A stretch of DNA of 64,000 nucleotides from a virus. Made by a program: the position numbers and the translations under genes. Below the pieces are notes generated by a model. The model was not told where the DNA came from and ran no database searches. It saw only the letters and a list, made by a program, of their open reading frames with translations. Shown piece by piece: positions 28,881 to 36,501 of the stretch. The stretch spans positions 127,134 to 191,133 of the IMG/VR virus record IMGVR_UViG_3300032820_000001; one strand, given 5' to 3'. How positions within the stretch are numbered: position 1 is the stretch's first letter; every line of letters begins with the position of its first letter.

Positions 28881-30187
28881 AAAATTTTAGCCGCAAGTGT
28901 TGCCACTTCGCTTCGCTCACCTTTTTTAAACGACACATGGCCGCCTAAGCTATATTCTTTAAATTTCTCCACCGCGTGGGTGAGACCATTAGAGGTCTCA
29001 TCAACATAAGCATTATCTATTTGTTCTATATCTCCCGTCAATACCAATTTAGAATCTTCTCCCACTCTTGTTATTATAGTCTTTAATTCGTGTCTTGTTA
29101 AATTTTGAGCTTCATCAATGACAATAAAAGCCTTTGAAATAGATCTTCCACGAATATAAGTGATAGCTTCCATCTCTATTGTACCACGATCTAAGTATTC
29201 TTGCAACATTAATTTATCATTTCCCATGAGGAATTGAAGATTATCTTGGATTGGGGTAAGCCACGGGGCCATTTTCTCTTCCATTGTGCCGGGTAGAAAA
29301 CCAATGTCCTTTCCAAGTGGTTGTATTGGCCTCGAAACAATTAAGCGAGTGTAATCTCCGGAAGCCATGACTTGCTCAAGGCCGGCAGATAAGGCACATA
29401 ATGTTTTGCCAGTCCCAGCAGATCCAAGCAGACTGACTACAGGAATCCTTCTATCAAAAAGGATATCCATAGCAAACTGTTGTTCTTTGTTACGGGGAGA
29501 AATTCCATAGGTAGTCTTTTTGTTAAAAATCTTACGGAGTGGTTTGCCGGGCTCTATAAATCTCGCAAGGGCCGTCTTATTCTTGTCTGACTGTGATTTC
29601 AGCAGAAGAAACTGATTGGGGTTGAGATCATCGCACTTTAACTTAAAATTCTTTCCAGCATAAAACTTGTCTATTTTCTCATCGGATATTGTCCTCTCTG
29701 TAAATCCAGTATATACTTCGTCTCCAGACTCAAGAACTTGATCTGGATTATAATCTTGAGTTGGGAGGCCCAGGGCATCACATATTACTCTCATATTAAC
29801 ATCGCGAGATACAAGGATAACATTAACTTTGGGTCGGTTTTTTCTCTCCTGCATTGCTGTTGCAATTATCTTGTGGTCGGGGATTTCTGGGGAGAGGTCA
29901 TCTGGGAGGTATTTATGTACGTCTACATCACTTGGTCTTACTCTTAGAATTCCTTTTCCCTTTTGAATTCGGACTCCTTTATATAAAGATCCTATCTCTC
30001 GCATATCATCGAATATGCGGATAATAGTTCGAGCGTTCGATCCCACTGAGTCTTGTCTCTTCTTATGCTTGTCGATCTCTTCTAGCACCTTCATTGGGAC
30101 AATAATATCGTTTGTTCCATATGCATAAACAGAATTGGCATTTGTCAGAAAAACGCTCGTATCGAGAACGTAGGTACATTTTTTCAT
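28877..30187 (-). CDS. phoH: PhoH-family ATPase with an N-terminal PIN domain (PhoH2/YlaK type)
   Basis: YVLDTSV (PIN domain), GSAGTGKT, YIRGRS, IDEAQN, TGDIEQID, GERSEVA. Confidence 0.93.
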   Translation of the reverse strand: MKKCTYVLDTSVFLTNANSVYAYGTNDIIVPMKVLEEIDKHKKRQDSVGSNARTIIRIFDDMREIGSLYKGVRIQKGKGILRVRPSDVDVHKYLPDDLSPEIPDHKIIATAMQERKNRPKVNVILVSRDVNMRVICDALGLPTQDYNPDQVLESGDEVYTGFTERTISDEKIDKFYAGKNFKLKCDDLNPNQFLLLKSQSDKNKTALARFIEPGKPLRKIFNKKTTYGISPRNKEQQFAMDILFDRRIPVVSLLGSAGTGKTLCALSAGLEQVMASGDYTRLIVSRPIQPLGKDIGFLPGTMEEKMAPWLTPIQDNLQFLMGNDKLMLQEYLDRGTIEMEAITYIRGRSISKAFIVIDEAQNLTRHELKTIITRVGEDSKLVLTGDIEQIDNAYVDETSNGLTHAVEKFKEYSLGGHVSFKKGERSEVATLAAKIL

Positions 30188-30226
30188 AAACTCTTTCTTT
30201 CGATATCTCTTTTAAACCTTCTATTC

Positions 30227-30234
30227 TAAATAGT
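30227..30234 (-). promoter_or_regulatory. Candidate late-promoter motif ACTATTTA heading the PhoH-to-baseplate gene run
   Basis: Lies 40 nt upstream of phoH in a divergent intergenic region. A near match ACTATTTC at 30243-30250 faces the plus-strand genes. Confidence 0.5.
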
Positions 30235-30294
30235 TTTCCATAACTATTTCTGAATAAGTTTTGCTTTTTGTGTGGATTAATGGTAATTACTAAT

Positions 30295-30987
30295 ATGAAA
30301 AAACTATTCCTTATTCCACTGTTAAGTATTCTTTTCTTAGTCTCCAGCTGTGCCTTCACAAACCTTTTCACGAAAAACCTGCTAGATCAAAGAAGGAAGT
30401 CCTTTGTGGGTCTTACAAAATTTGTTTTCAACGCCGAAAAACAGATGGTTGGAATGTCCTCGGCATCGGGAGCAATTATAGGCCATCACAATAAAAAGAC
30501 TTATATTTTAACTGCAAGACACTTCTGCGATGAAGAGAAAGACGGGCTTCTCGATGTAATTAACGCGCATACTCAAAGGGCCATAACGGTGGAAACCAAG
30601 GTAATCAAAAAAAGTAATGATATTGATGCATGCATCTTGGAATCAGATAAGCTACCAGAAAGGGCTATCAGTATAGCTTTATCAAAACCAGAAATTGGTG
30701 AAAAGGTTTATAACCTCGCTGCACCGCAAGGTGTCTTTGGTGAAGATCTCATAATGCTCTTTGAGGGATTTTACTCCGGCGTTTTGAAGGGGGATGGTTT
30801 TCATAATCCCGATGCTGATATATATTCTCTCCCGGCGAATCCAGGCAGCTCTGGATCTCCCATTATAAATTCAAGAGGTAAACTCGTGGGAATGGTTTGG
30901 GCAATCCATTCAAGATTCCACCACATCACTCTATCAGTCCCTTATGATAAGATGAAAAAATTTGTAAATTCTGTTTTGCCCAAATAA
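30295..30987 (+). CDS. Trypsin-like serine protease (S1) with signal peptide or lipobox
   Basis: Catalytic triad motifs LTARH, DACIL and PGSSGSP. Hydrophobic N-terminus ending LVSSC. Confidence 0.88.
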   Translation: MKKLFLIPLLSILFLVSSCAFTNLFTKNLLDQRRKSFVGLTKFVFNAEKQMVGMSSASGAIIGHHNKKTYILTARHFCDEEKDGLLDVINAHTQRAITVETKVIKKSNDIDACILESDKLPERAISIALSKPEIGEKVYNLAAPQGVFGEDLIMLFEGFYSGVLKGDGFHNPDADIYSLPANPGSSGSPIINSRGKLVGMVWAIHSRFHHITLSVPYDKMKKFVNSVLPK

Positions 30988-31002
30988 CATCCGGGGTTTG
31001 AA

Positions 31003-31677
31003 ATGGTACGCAAAGCGAAGATGCCTTTATCTAAGAAAAGAGAAGAGGCAAAAATAAAAAAAATAAGACTAAGCTTCCAATTCAAAAAAGCGGAATTTCT
31101 GGAAGCTGAAATAATTTTAGAGGATGCAATCGAGGGCTTTAACAATCGATTTGAAACCGGGCGGAAACCGAAGAAGATAATTGAACCAACGGCGCAGTGT
31201 GATTCAACAGAAATGATGAAAGGTCAAGAACGAGGACATCGAGCAGAAGAGGAAATTCCAAAAATAGAAAAAGAAATTTGGGATAACGAAGAAGAAATTT
31301 TCGGAAGAGATAAAGATCTCAGGGAATTATTTAAAAAAATAGCTATTAAGACACACCCTGATAAATTAAAAGATGTAGATGATAACGAGAGAGAATATAA
31401 AATAAATTTATATAAGGAAGCTGCGAATGCAGTTAAGAACGGGGATGGAGCCTCACTTCTGGAGATTGCCTATGAATTGTCTGTTCAATTCAAAGTGGAT
31501 AAGGACAAGGAAATAAGTTGGCTAAACCAGAAAAACAAAGAACTTGATCAATCTATTTTAAATATAAAACAAACCGCCGAGTGGATTTGGTTCCACTCAA
31601 ACGGCTTTAATAGAGAGATTGTTGAAAAGAGAATAACCGATCAGTTGGGGTTTAAATTGAAGGAAGATTTACTTTAG
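31003..31677 (+). CDS. J-domain (DnaJ-like) protein
   Basis: LRELFKKIAIKTHPDK...LYKEA: an intact HPD motif in an internal J domain. Confidence 0.8.
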   Translation: MVRKAKMPLSKKREEAKIKKIRLSFQFKKAEFLEAEIILEDAIEGFNNRFETGRKPKKIIEPTAQCDSTEMMKGQERGHRAEEEIPKIEKEIWDNEEEIFGRDKDLRELFKKIAIKTHPDKLKDVDDNEREYKINLYKEAANAVKNGDGASLLEIAYELSVQFKVDKDKEISWLNQKNKELDQSILNIKQTAEWIWFHSNGFNREIVEKRITDQLGFKLKEDLL

Positions 31678-31935
31678 GCGGCATGTACTATAAGTAATAC
31701 ACCATTCGCCTTCACAAACCATCTCAGTTTCAAACTCCGTACAAATTTTCGGATGGCCGCAGAGCTCTTCGTATTTGCCGGCATCCATATCCTCTCTCAC
31801 AGAGGCGTCGAGGTTTTCGCAAACTGCAGCGCGGGGGATTATAATTTCCTGCGCTGCGAACGATTCTGTTTGTACGTGAGTGTCTGTACCGCAAGCAAAC
31901 ATTGCGGGTAAACTAAATAAAAGTAGTTTTTTCAT
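31669..31935 (-). CDS. Hypothetical Cys-rich lipoprotein
   Basis: Start at 31935, MKKLLLFSLPAMFAC (lipobox-like); several Cys in the C-terminal half. Confidence 0.6.
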   Translation of the reverse strand: MKKLLLFSLPAMFACGTDTHVQTESFAAQEIIIPRAAVCENLDASVREDMDAGKYEELCGHPKICTEFETEMVCEGEWCITYSTCRLK

Positions 31936-31937
31936 TT

Positions 31938-32111
31938 TTAATCCTTGTAACATCCGTAATCCCATTTTTCGTCTTCCGTGAGAAGTTGTTTATCTCCTCT
32001 CTTACCCTCATTTGATAAAAGCATAACTTTAACCATTTGTCCCTCTTTGAGTTTCGATATATAAATCAAAGCTTCTTCTTTTGTCATTTTTAGAACAGGA
32101 ATTTCGAACAT
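31938..32111 (-). CDS. Hypothetical 57-aa protein (below the ORF-track cutoff)
   Basis: AAGGAG ribosome-binding site, then ATG at 32111: MFEIPVLKMTKEEALIYISKLKEGQMVKVMLLSNEGKRGDKQLLTEDEKWDYGCYKD, ending 2 nt before the next start. Confidence 0.7.
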   Translation of the reverse strand: MFEIPVLKMTKEEALIYISKLKEGQMVKVMLLSNEGKRGDKQLLTEDEKWDYGCYKD

Positions 32112-32212
32112 AATAAATTCTCCTTTATTGAGTGATTTGTGAATTCGTCATATTAAGTAATGACGAACATACATTTTAACACAAAAATAAAGAAAAATAA
32201 AGCTCTTTTAAC

Positions 32213-32241
32213 AAAAAAAGGCCCCGAATTGGGGCCTTTTT
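32213..32241 (-). terminator. Intrinsic terminator (bidirectional form)
   Basis: GGCCCC-N5-GGGGCC stem flanked by A and T tracts, just downstream of the beta-barrel gene. Confidence 0.85.
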
Positions 32242-32265
32242 AATATTCATTATTATTATTTAAAT

Positions 32266-32904
32266 TTAGAATGTCAGCGCAGCTGAAACTGCCACAACAT
32301 TCGCGTCATCATTGCCAGGGGTTTGTTGGCGGAAGTATTCTACACCAGCCGAAAGGCCAGGGCAAACTTCTTTGGATACGGCGGCGGAAATTCGGTTTTC
32401 CACCAACCCACCTTCATTAGCGTGGATTTCATCACCAACACTCAAGTCGAGGCTCACGAAAGGTAACGCAATAGTTTTACTAAGAGTTACTTTTTCGCGA
32501 AGAATCAAAGAGTCAGTGGTGACTGCAGTAATATCATCCCCAGCTTCCATCTGCAAGCGCAAACGGTTTGAGAGGTTGATACCCATAGGAAGACCAACAC
32601 CAGCATTCAAATCCAAGTGAAGTCGGTTGCTTGATGTTCCTTCGGTGTTGGTGTTGCGAACACCAAGACTTAGACCGATATTCTCAGTCACAGAACGAGA
32701 AACGGCGAACTCAGTATGCTCATAGCCTGCTGGTTTCGTCACCATGTCTCCACTAATGCTTAGATCATGGCGGGTTTGTTCTGCCACAGACAGAGTATTA
32801 TCGCCAAGCTTCGCTGATGCGCCAGCTTCCAAACGTAATTCGTCTGCATAACCAACGGTACTTACCAAAAACGCCATAACGGTCGCTAATAGTGCTTTTT
32901 TCAT
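32266..32904 (-). CDS. Putative outer-membrane beta-barrel protein
   Basis: Signal peptide (…VGYA|DE), alternating amphipathic beta-strands, C-terminal ...VSAALTF with terminal Phe (BamA signal), and a strong AAGGAG ribosome-binding site. Confidence 0.7.
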   Translation of the reverse strand: MKKALLATVMAFLVSTVGYADELRLEAGASAKLGDNTLSVAEQTRHDLSISGDMVTKPAGYEHTEFAVSRSVTENIGLSLGVRNTNTEGTSSNRLHLDLNAGVGLPMGINLSNRLRLQMEAGDDITAVTTDSLILREKVTLSKTIALPFVSLDLSVGDEIHANEGGLVENRISAAVSKEVCPGLSAGVEYFRQQTPGNDDANVVAVSAALTF

Positions 32905-32961
32905 AGTTTTTTTCTCCTTTAGTTCGCCTACTGAATTGCAGGACGAAGTTAAGTTGTACTT

Positions 32962-32990
32962 ATTCTATCATAGTTAAAGTAAAGTGTCAA
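32962..32990 (-). promoter_or_regulatory. Host sigma70-type promoter
   Basis: TTGACA (32990-32985), 17-bp spacer, TAGAAT (32967-32962), upstream of the beta-barrel gene. Confidence 0.85.
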
Positions 32991-33024
32991 GGTTAAAGTA
33001 TTGGTTTAAGAATGACGCGGTGTG

Positions 33025-34086
33025 TCAACTCTTTTTAACGCGGATTTTGATTTCTCTGACCGCTTTCTTAATAAAAGGGGGCTCAAGATTAAATTCGGAA
33101 TTAGGTATTGCTTTAAAGATTTTAGCCAGACCCTTATCTCCCCCAATAGAGGGGTGATCTAATTGTGGCATATCAGGACGATCTGGTGCAGCACTCGAAG
33201 GTTGTGGGAGATTCCCCAGATTCGTTGCAACTTTATTTGCGATTTTATTTATAACCACCTTGGCATTCTCAGCCTCTTCGGGTGTAATATTTGCCCACTT
33301 TAAAATAACAGGATCTTTAGTTTTTCCTATCGTTGCGATCATCTCAGGATTTAAGAGATTACCAGGAGCTTTATCGTCGGTTCGTTCATCTATGTTAGCC
33401 AATATCATCTGTTTTATTTCTTCCGCGTCTTTGCCAATTATATCCGTCTTTGCGTCGCCGCCCTTTGAGGGGAATTCATCAGAAGGATTTGGATCAACAG
33501 CGGCAACTGCAAGTTGGGCAGCTGCAAGTTTTTGAGTTTCGTTGCCGGGGAAGCCCAAATTATTTACTGTAATGCTCGCCGCTGGATTAATTGCATAAGC
33601 TCCTGACCATCGGTGGTGGCCATCAAGCACATACGGAAGAGAAACGGTAATGGGGCCATGGCCGCCACTTTCGATGGCATTCTTTAAGGCTTTTGCAGAA
33701 CCAAGGGGGAAGGCCACGGATTGCATTAAATCAATAAAAGCCTGAGTGGGGTTCATATCATCCAACTTTATGGGCTTTTCTGCAGACACAGGTATTTTAT
33801 CATCCGTGGATGAGCCATCATATTTTGAGTGGGCCATTGCTAGAAATTTCCGGACTTTAGAATCTTTACCTTGAGGAGAGTTCATGAATGCTCGGACGCC
33901 GGCTGGGCCATTGTTAAAGGCTTTCTCGATGGCAACCGCTAATTCTTCTCGCCCTAAAAGTTCGATTTCATCATCCATCTTTGCTTGACTTGATCCTGGG
34001 AGACTTACCTCTTTGAGTATTTTTGTGGGTTTTCCCTCTTCTTCGAAGTGGCGCCAGTTTTCCATAATTAATTTCATGTTGCTCAT
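33025..34086 (-). CDS. ParB/Srx-like domain protein with leader MKLIMENWRHFEEE
   Basis: LDDMNPTQAFID...PITVS..YVLDGHHRW is the ParB/Srx catalytic signature. Confidence 0.7.
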   Translation of the reverse strand: MSNMKLIMENWRHFEEEGKPTKILKEVSLPGSSQAKMDDEIELLGREELAVAIEKAFNNGPAGVRAFMNSPQGKDSKVRKFLAMAHSKYDGSSTDDKIPVSAEKPIKLDDMNPTQAFIDLMQSVAFPLGSAKALKNAIESGGHGPITVSLPYVLDGHHRWSGAYAINPAASITVNNLGFPGNETQKLAAAQLAVAAVDPNPSDEFPSKGGDAKTDIIGKDAEEIKQMILANIDERTDDKAPGNLLNPEMIATIGKTKDPVILKWANITPEEAENAKVVINKIANKVATNLGNLPQPSSAAPDRPDMPQLDHPSIGGDKGLAKIFKAIPNSEFNLEPPFIKKAVREIKIRVKKS

Positions 34087-34120
34087 AATTAAGTCTCCTA
34101 AAATAAGAATCTAACAATAC

Positions 34121-34128
34121 TAAATAGC
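34121..34128 (-). promoter_or_regulatory. Candidate late-promoter motif GCTATTTA
   Basis: Lies 35 nt upstream of the ParB-like gene. Confidence 0.5.
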
Positions 34129-34153
34129 ATTCTAGCACAGTAAGTGCCTTTTT

Positions 34154-34465
34154 TTAATGATCGTGGCCACACTCATATTCTTTTTTATTTTTATCTCCCC
34201 AAAATTTGAGATATATCATCCAAAGAATGGGGACGGCAACTGGATGGAGGCACAAAAGCCAGCTTACGGGGATTAAAGCGTAAAATGCTGGGAAGTATTG
34301 TCCTAACCAATAGAATAAGGCCGGGAATAAAATATCCTCTACAATCTCCCATCCAATAAGGATGACGAGGAGAGGCATTCCATAATCCACTATAATCTTT
34401 TTAAAATTGTCTCGTTTCCAGAAAGAGAATTTATATTTCACTTTCTCCACAAATTGTTTAAGCAC
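34154..34465 (-). CDS. Hypothetical membrane protein
   Basis: 103 aa with two to three hydrophobic segments. Confidence 0.6.
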   Translation of the reverse strand: MLKQFVEKVKYKFSFWKRDNFKKIIVDYGMPLLVILIGWEIVEDILFPALFYWLGQYFPAFYALIPVSWLLCLHPVAVPILWMIYLKFWGDKNKKEYECGHDH

Positions 34466-34467
34466 TT

Positions 34468-34977
34468 TTAAATCTTTCTATCTATGATTGCTGATTCTGG
34501 CGGACTCACAAGAATTTCCGAAAAGGTCATGTAGGGATCATCACCTTCCCAATACGCTTCTGCAAAACCCCTCGCTCGATCTTCGTCGCCACGCTCAAAG
34601 GATGTGACTGCCTCAGTCCAGTATTCGGAATTTGTTCTAAATAAATTGTATTCTCCCTGAAGTCTTATCTCGTAAGTCTCACCTCCGCCACGGGCTGGAT
34701 AACTACAAAAACTGCCTCCTTCTGGGCCGTCAAGGTTCTCACACAAATAAACACAATCTAAGCGGCTGGGGCGTTCTGGAAATTGTTCTTTTCTGACTTC
34801 CTCAAAAATCTCTTCTACTCTGCCGTTCCCTTGGGAGCGAGGATTGGATCGCGGGACGTGACTGGAGCCTTGACGGATTTTGCCGTCACCACTCCAAGCT
34901 CCTGTCGTCTGCCAATAATAGGTTTGACGGGGGCCTTCGTTTAAATAACTTTTCCACTGTTCCATTAATAGTTTCAT
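34468..34977 (-). CDS. DUF2441-like (ADP-ribosyltransferase-fold) protein with leader MKLLMEQWKSYLNE
   Basis: EEIFEEVRKEQFPERPSRLDCVY...AEAYWEG...SEILV matches the DUF2441-type pattern as recalled. Confidence 0.55.
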   Translation of the reverse strand: MKLLMEQWKSYLNEGPRQTYYWQTTGAWSGDGKIRQGSSHVPRSNPRSQGNGRVEEIFEEVRKEQFPERPSRLDCVYLCENLDGPEGGSFCSYPARGGGETYEIRLQGEYNLFRTNSEYWTEAVTSFERGDEDRARGFAEAYWEGDDPYMTFSEILVSPPESAIIDRKI

Positions 34978-35357
34978 TTTAATTTCCGCGCCTTTTCGAT
35001 GGCAACATTGAGCATTTGTTTAACGAGCTGTTTGGGAAAAGTTTTAATCACATTGCCGTCTTCGGCTTCTTCATAAAAACCCTTATCCACATAATAATCC
35101 ATCGTATTTTCAAGCATTTCTGTGTAGTCATCAGTGATACGATTATCATCGTTACGCGAGACGAGCCTTTCAACCGCCGCTGGCATATTCGTGGTTAATA
35201 AATCTCTCATATCACTGTGGAGTGATTCTGAACCGATTCGCTCAAGTTCTTGGTGGTTGTCCCAATCGTCTTGTGGTAAACCAACGGGCTTAAGCCTAGA
35301 TGCTTTTTCATCGTTCTCATTTATAAATTTTTTCCACTGTTCCATTAAAAGTTTCAC
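34974..35357 (-). CDS. Hypothetical protein with leader MKLLMEQWKKFINE
   Basis: 127 aa; GTGA and ATGA overlaps with its neighbours. Confidence 0.75.
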   Translation of the reverse strand: MKLLMEQWKKFINENDEKASRLKPVGLPQDDWDNHQELERIGSESLHSDMRDLLTTNMPAAVERLVSRNDDNRITDDYTEMLENTMDYYVDKGFYEEAEDGNVIKTFPKQLVKQMLNVAIEKARKLK

Positions 35358-35986
35358 TCTGCGTCCTCCTTAACAAGTTCTTTATCAACAATTTTATATC
35401 CGTTGACAACGCCGACATTGTAATAATCAAATCCGTCCAGTAAGCAAATCTTTTGTTCCTGAAATTCTCCGGTTGCTTCTTTCGCGCAGACCTGTCCGAC
35501 GATTTCTGTAAATAGGGCGGGTGCGGCTTCTGGAGGTAATGTTTTTAAATGAACATTGTAGGCTTTTAATTCTCCGGCCAAACCGAACGGTGTTCCTGTC
35601 GAACCGAAAGCTTGAATGTGAGACATATAATCATGGATGGCTCGGAACTTTGCATTTGTAATTTCATCGAATAAAGCATGATCTGCATCGATTGTTGCAA
35701 CCTTCATTATTCCGTTCTCCTCGACATCTCGACGGATATCCGCATCGGTTTCGTAGGGGTGGTAATCAACAAATTGTACTTCGACTCTCGATTGAATTTG
35801 TTTGAACATCTTTTCGATGAATGGAACGGTGGCCTCAAAAGATGAAACAGCTCTAGGCTCAAAACTTGGTGCAGCCATGTAAGCCTTTGCAACCAAGTCA
35901 CGATACAAGTCCCAGCCATTTGGCCCAGGCTTGAGCATGAGCTTTTCGTTCAAAAATCCTCGCCAGTTTTCCATTAGGAGTTTCAT
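35354..35986 (-). CDS. Putative metal-binding protein (FRAIHDYMSH...GE motif) with leader MKLLMENWRGFLNE
   Basis: 210 aa; N..FRAIHD...H...F...GE..A...H...ALFTE..GQ pattern. Confidence 0.55.
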   Translation of the reverse strand: MKLLMENWRGFLNEKLMLKPGPNGWDLYRDLVAKAYMAAPSFEPRAVSSFEATVPFIEKMFKQIQSRVEVQFVDYHPYETDADIRRDVEENGIMKVATIDADHALFDEITNAKFRAIHDYMSHIQAFGSTGTPFGLAGELKAYNVHLKTLPPEAAPALFTEIVGQVCAKEATGEFQEQKICLLDGFDYYNVGVVNGYKIVDKELVKEDAE

Positions 35987-36501
35987 TTTACACTGTCTCC
36001 TGGATTTCCCGTAAGGTTGGCTAATGAAACATGAAATATGCGCTCTGGTTCGGGGTTGGGAGAACCGCCGATCATTTCCATTATAAGATTAACATAATCT
36101 CTCATATCTTGCTGGTTCGCAACATTTGCCACCCACGACATTCTCTGGAGATCTTCAGCCACCTTCATTTGGGGTGGTTCACTCAAATCCAGTTGAACTG
36201 GGGGTGGTTCAGGAAGCTTGTTTTCTTTGCCCATTTGTTTGAGTAATTTTTTATAAGGTTTTAAAACACTCTGGTGGGCTAGCGTCACATGAAAATTTTC
36301 AGGTGTCAGCGGTACAGGAGAGGCTGACGATCCGGGTTTCCAGGGAATTTCAACCTTCTCCGGTAATTTATTTAATGCTTCCTGTGCCTGGGAGACAATA
36401 TCTGACGAGGGCATTAATTTAAGGATGCCGCTAAACTTAACTTTGGGCTGCCCCTCTTCTTCTGTCATATATTCTCGCCAGTTTTCCATTAATAATTTCA
36501 T
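35983..36501 (-). CDS. 2H phosphoesterase (Acb1/LigT-like) with leader MKLLMENWREYMTEE
   Basis: Two HxT/HxS motifs, FHVTL and FHVSL, about 78 aa apart. Confidence 0.8.
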   Translation of the reverse strand: MKLLMENWREYMTEEEGQPKVKFSGILKLMPSSDIVSQAQEALNKLPEKVEIPWKPGSSASPVPLTPENFHVTLAHQSVLKPYKKLLKQMGKENKLPEPPPVQLDLSEPPQMKVAEDLQRMSWVANVANQQDMRDYVNLIMEMIGGSPNPEPERIFHVSLANLTGNPGDSVK

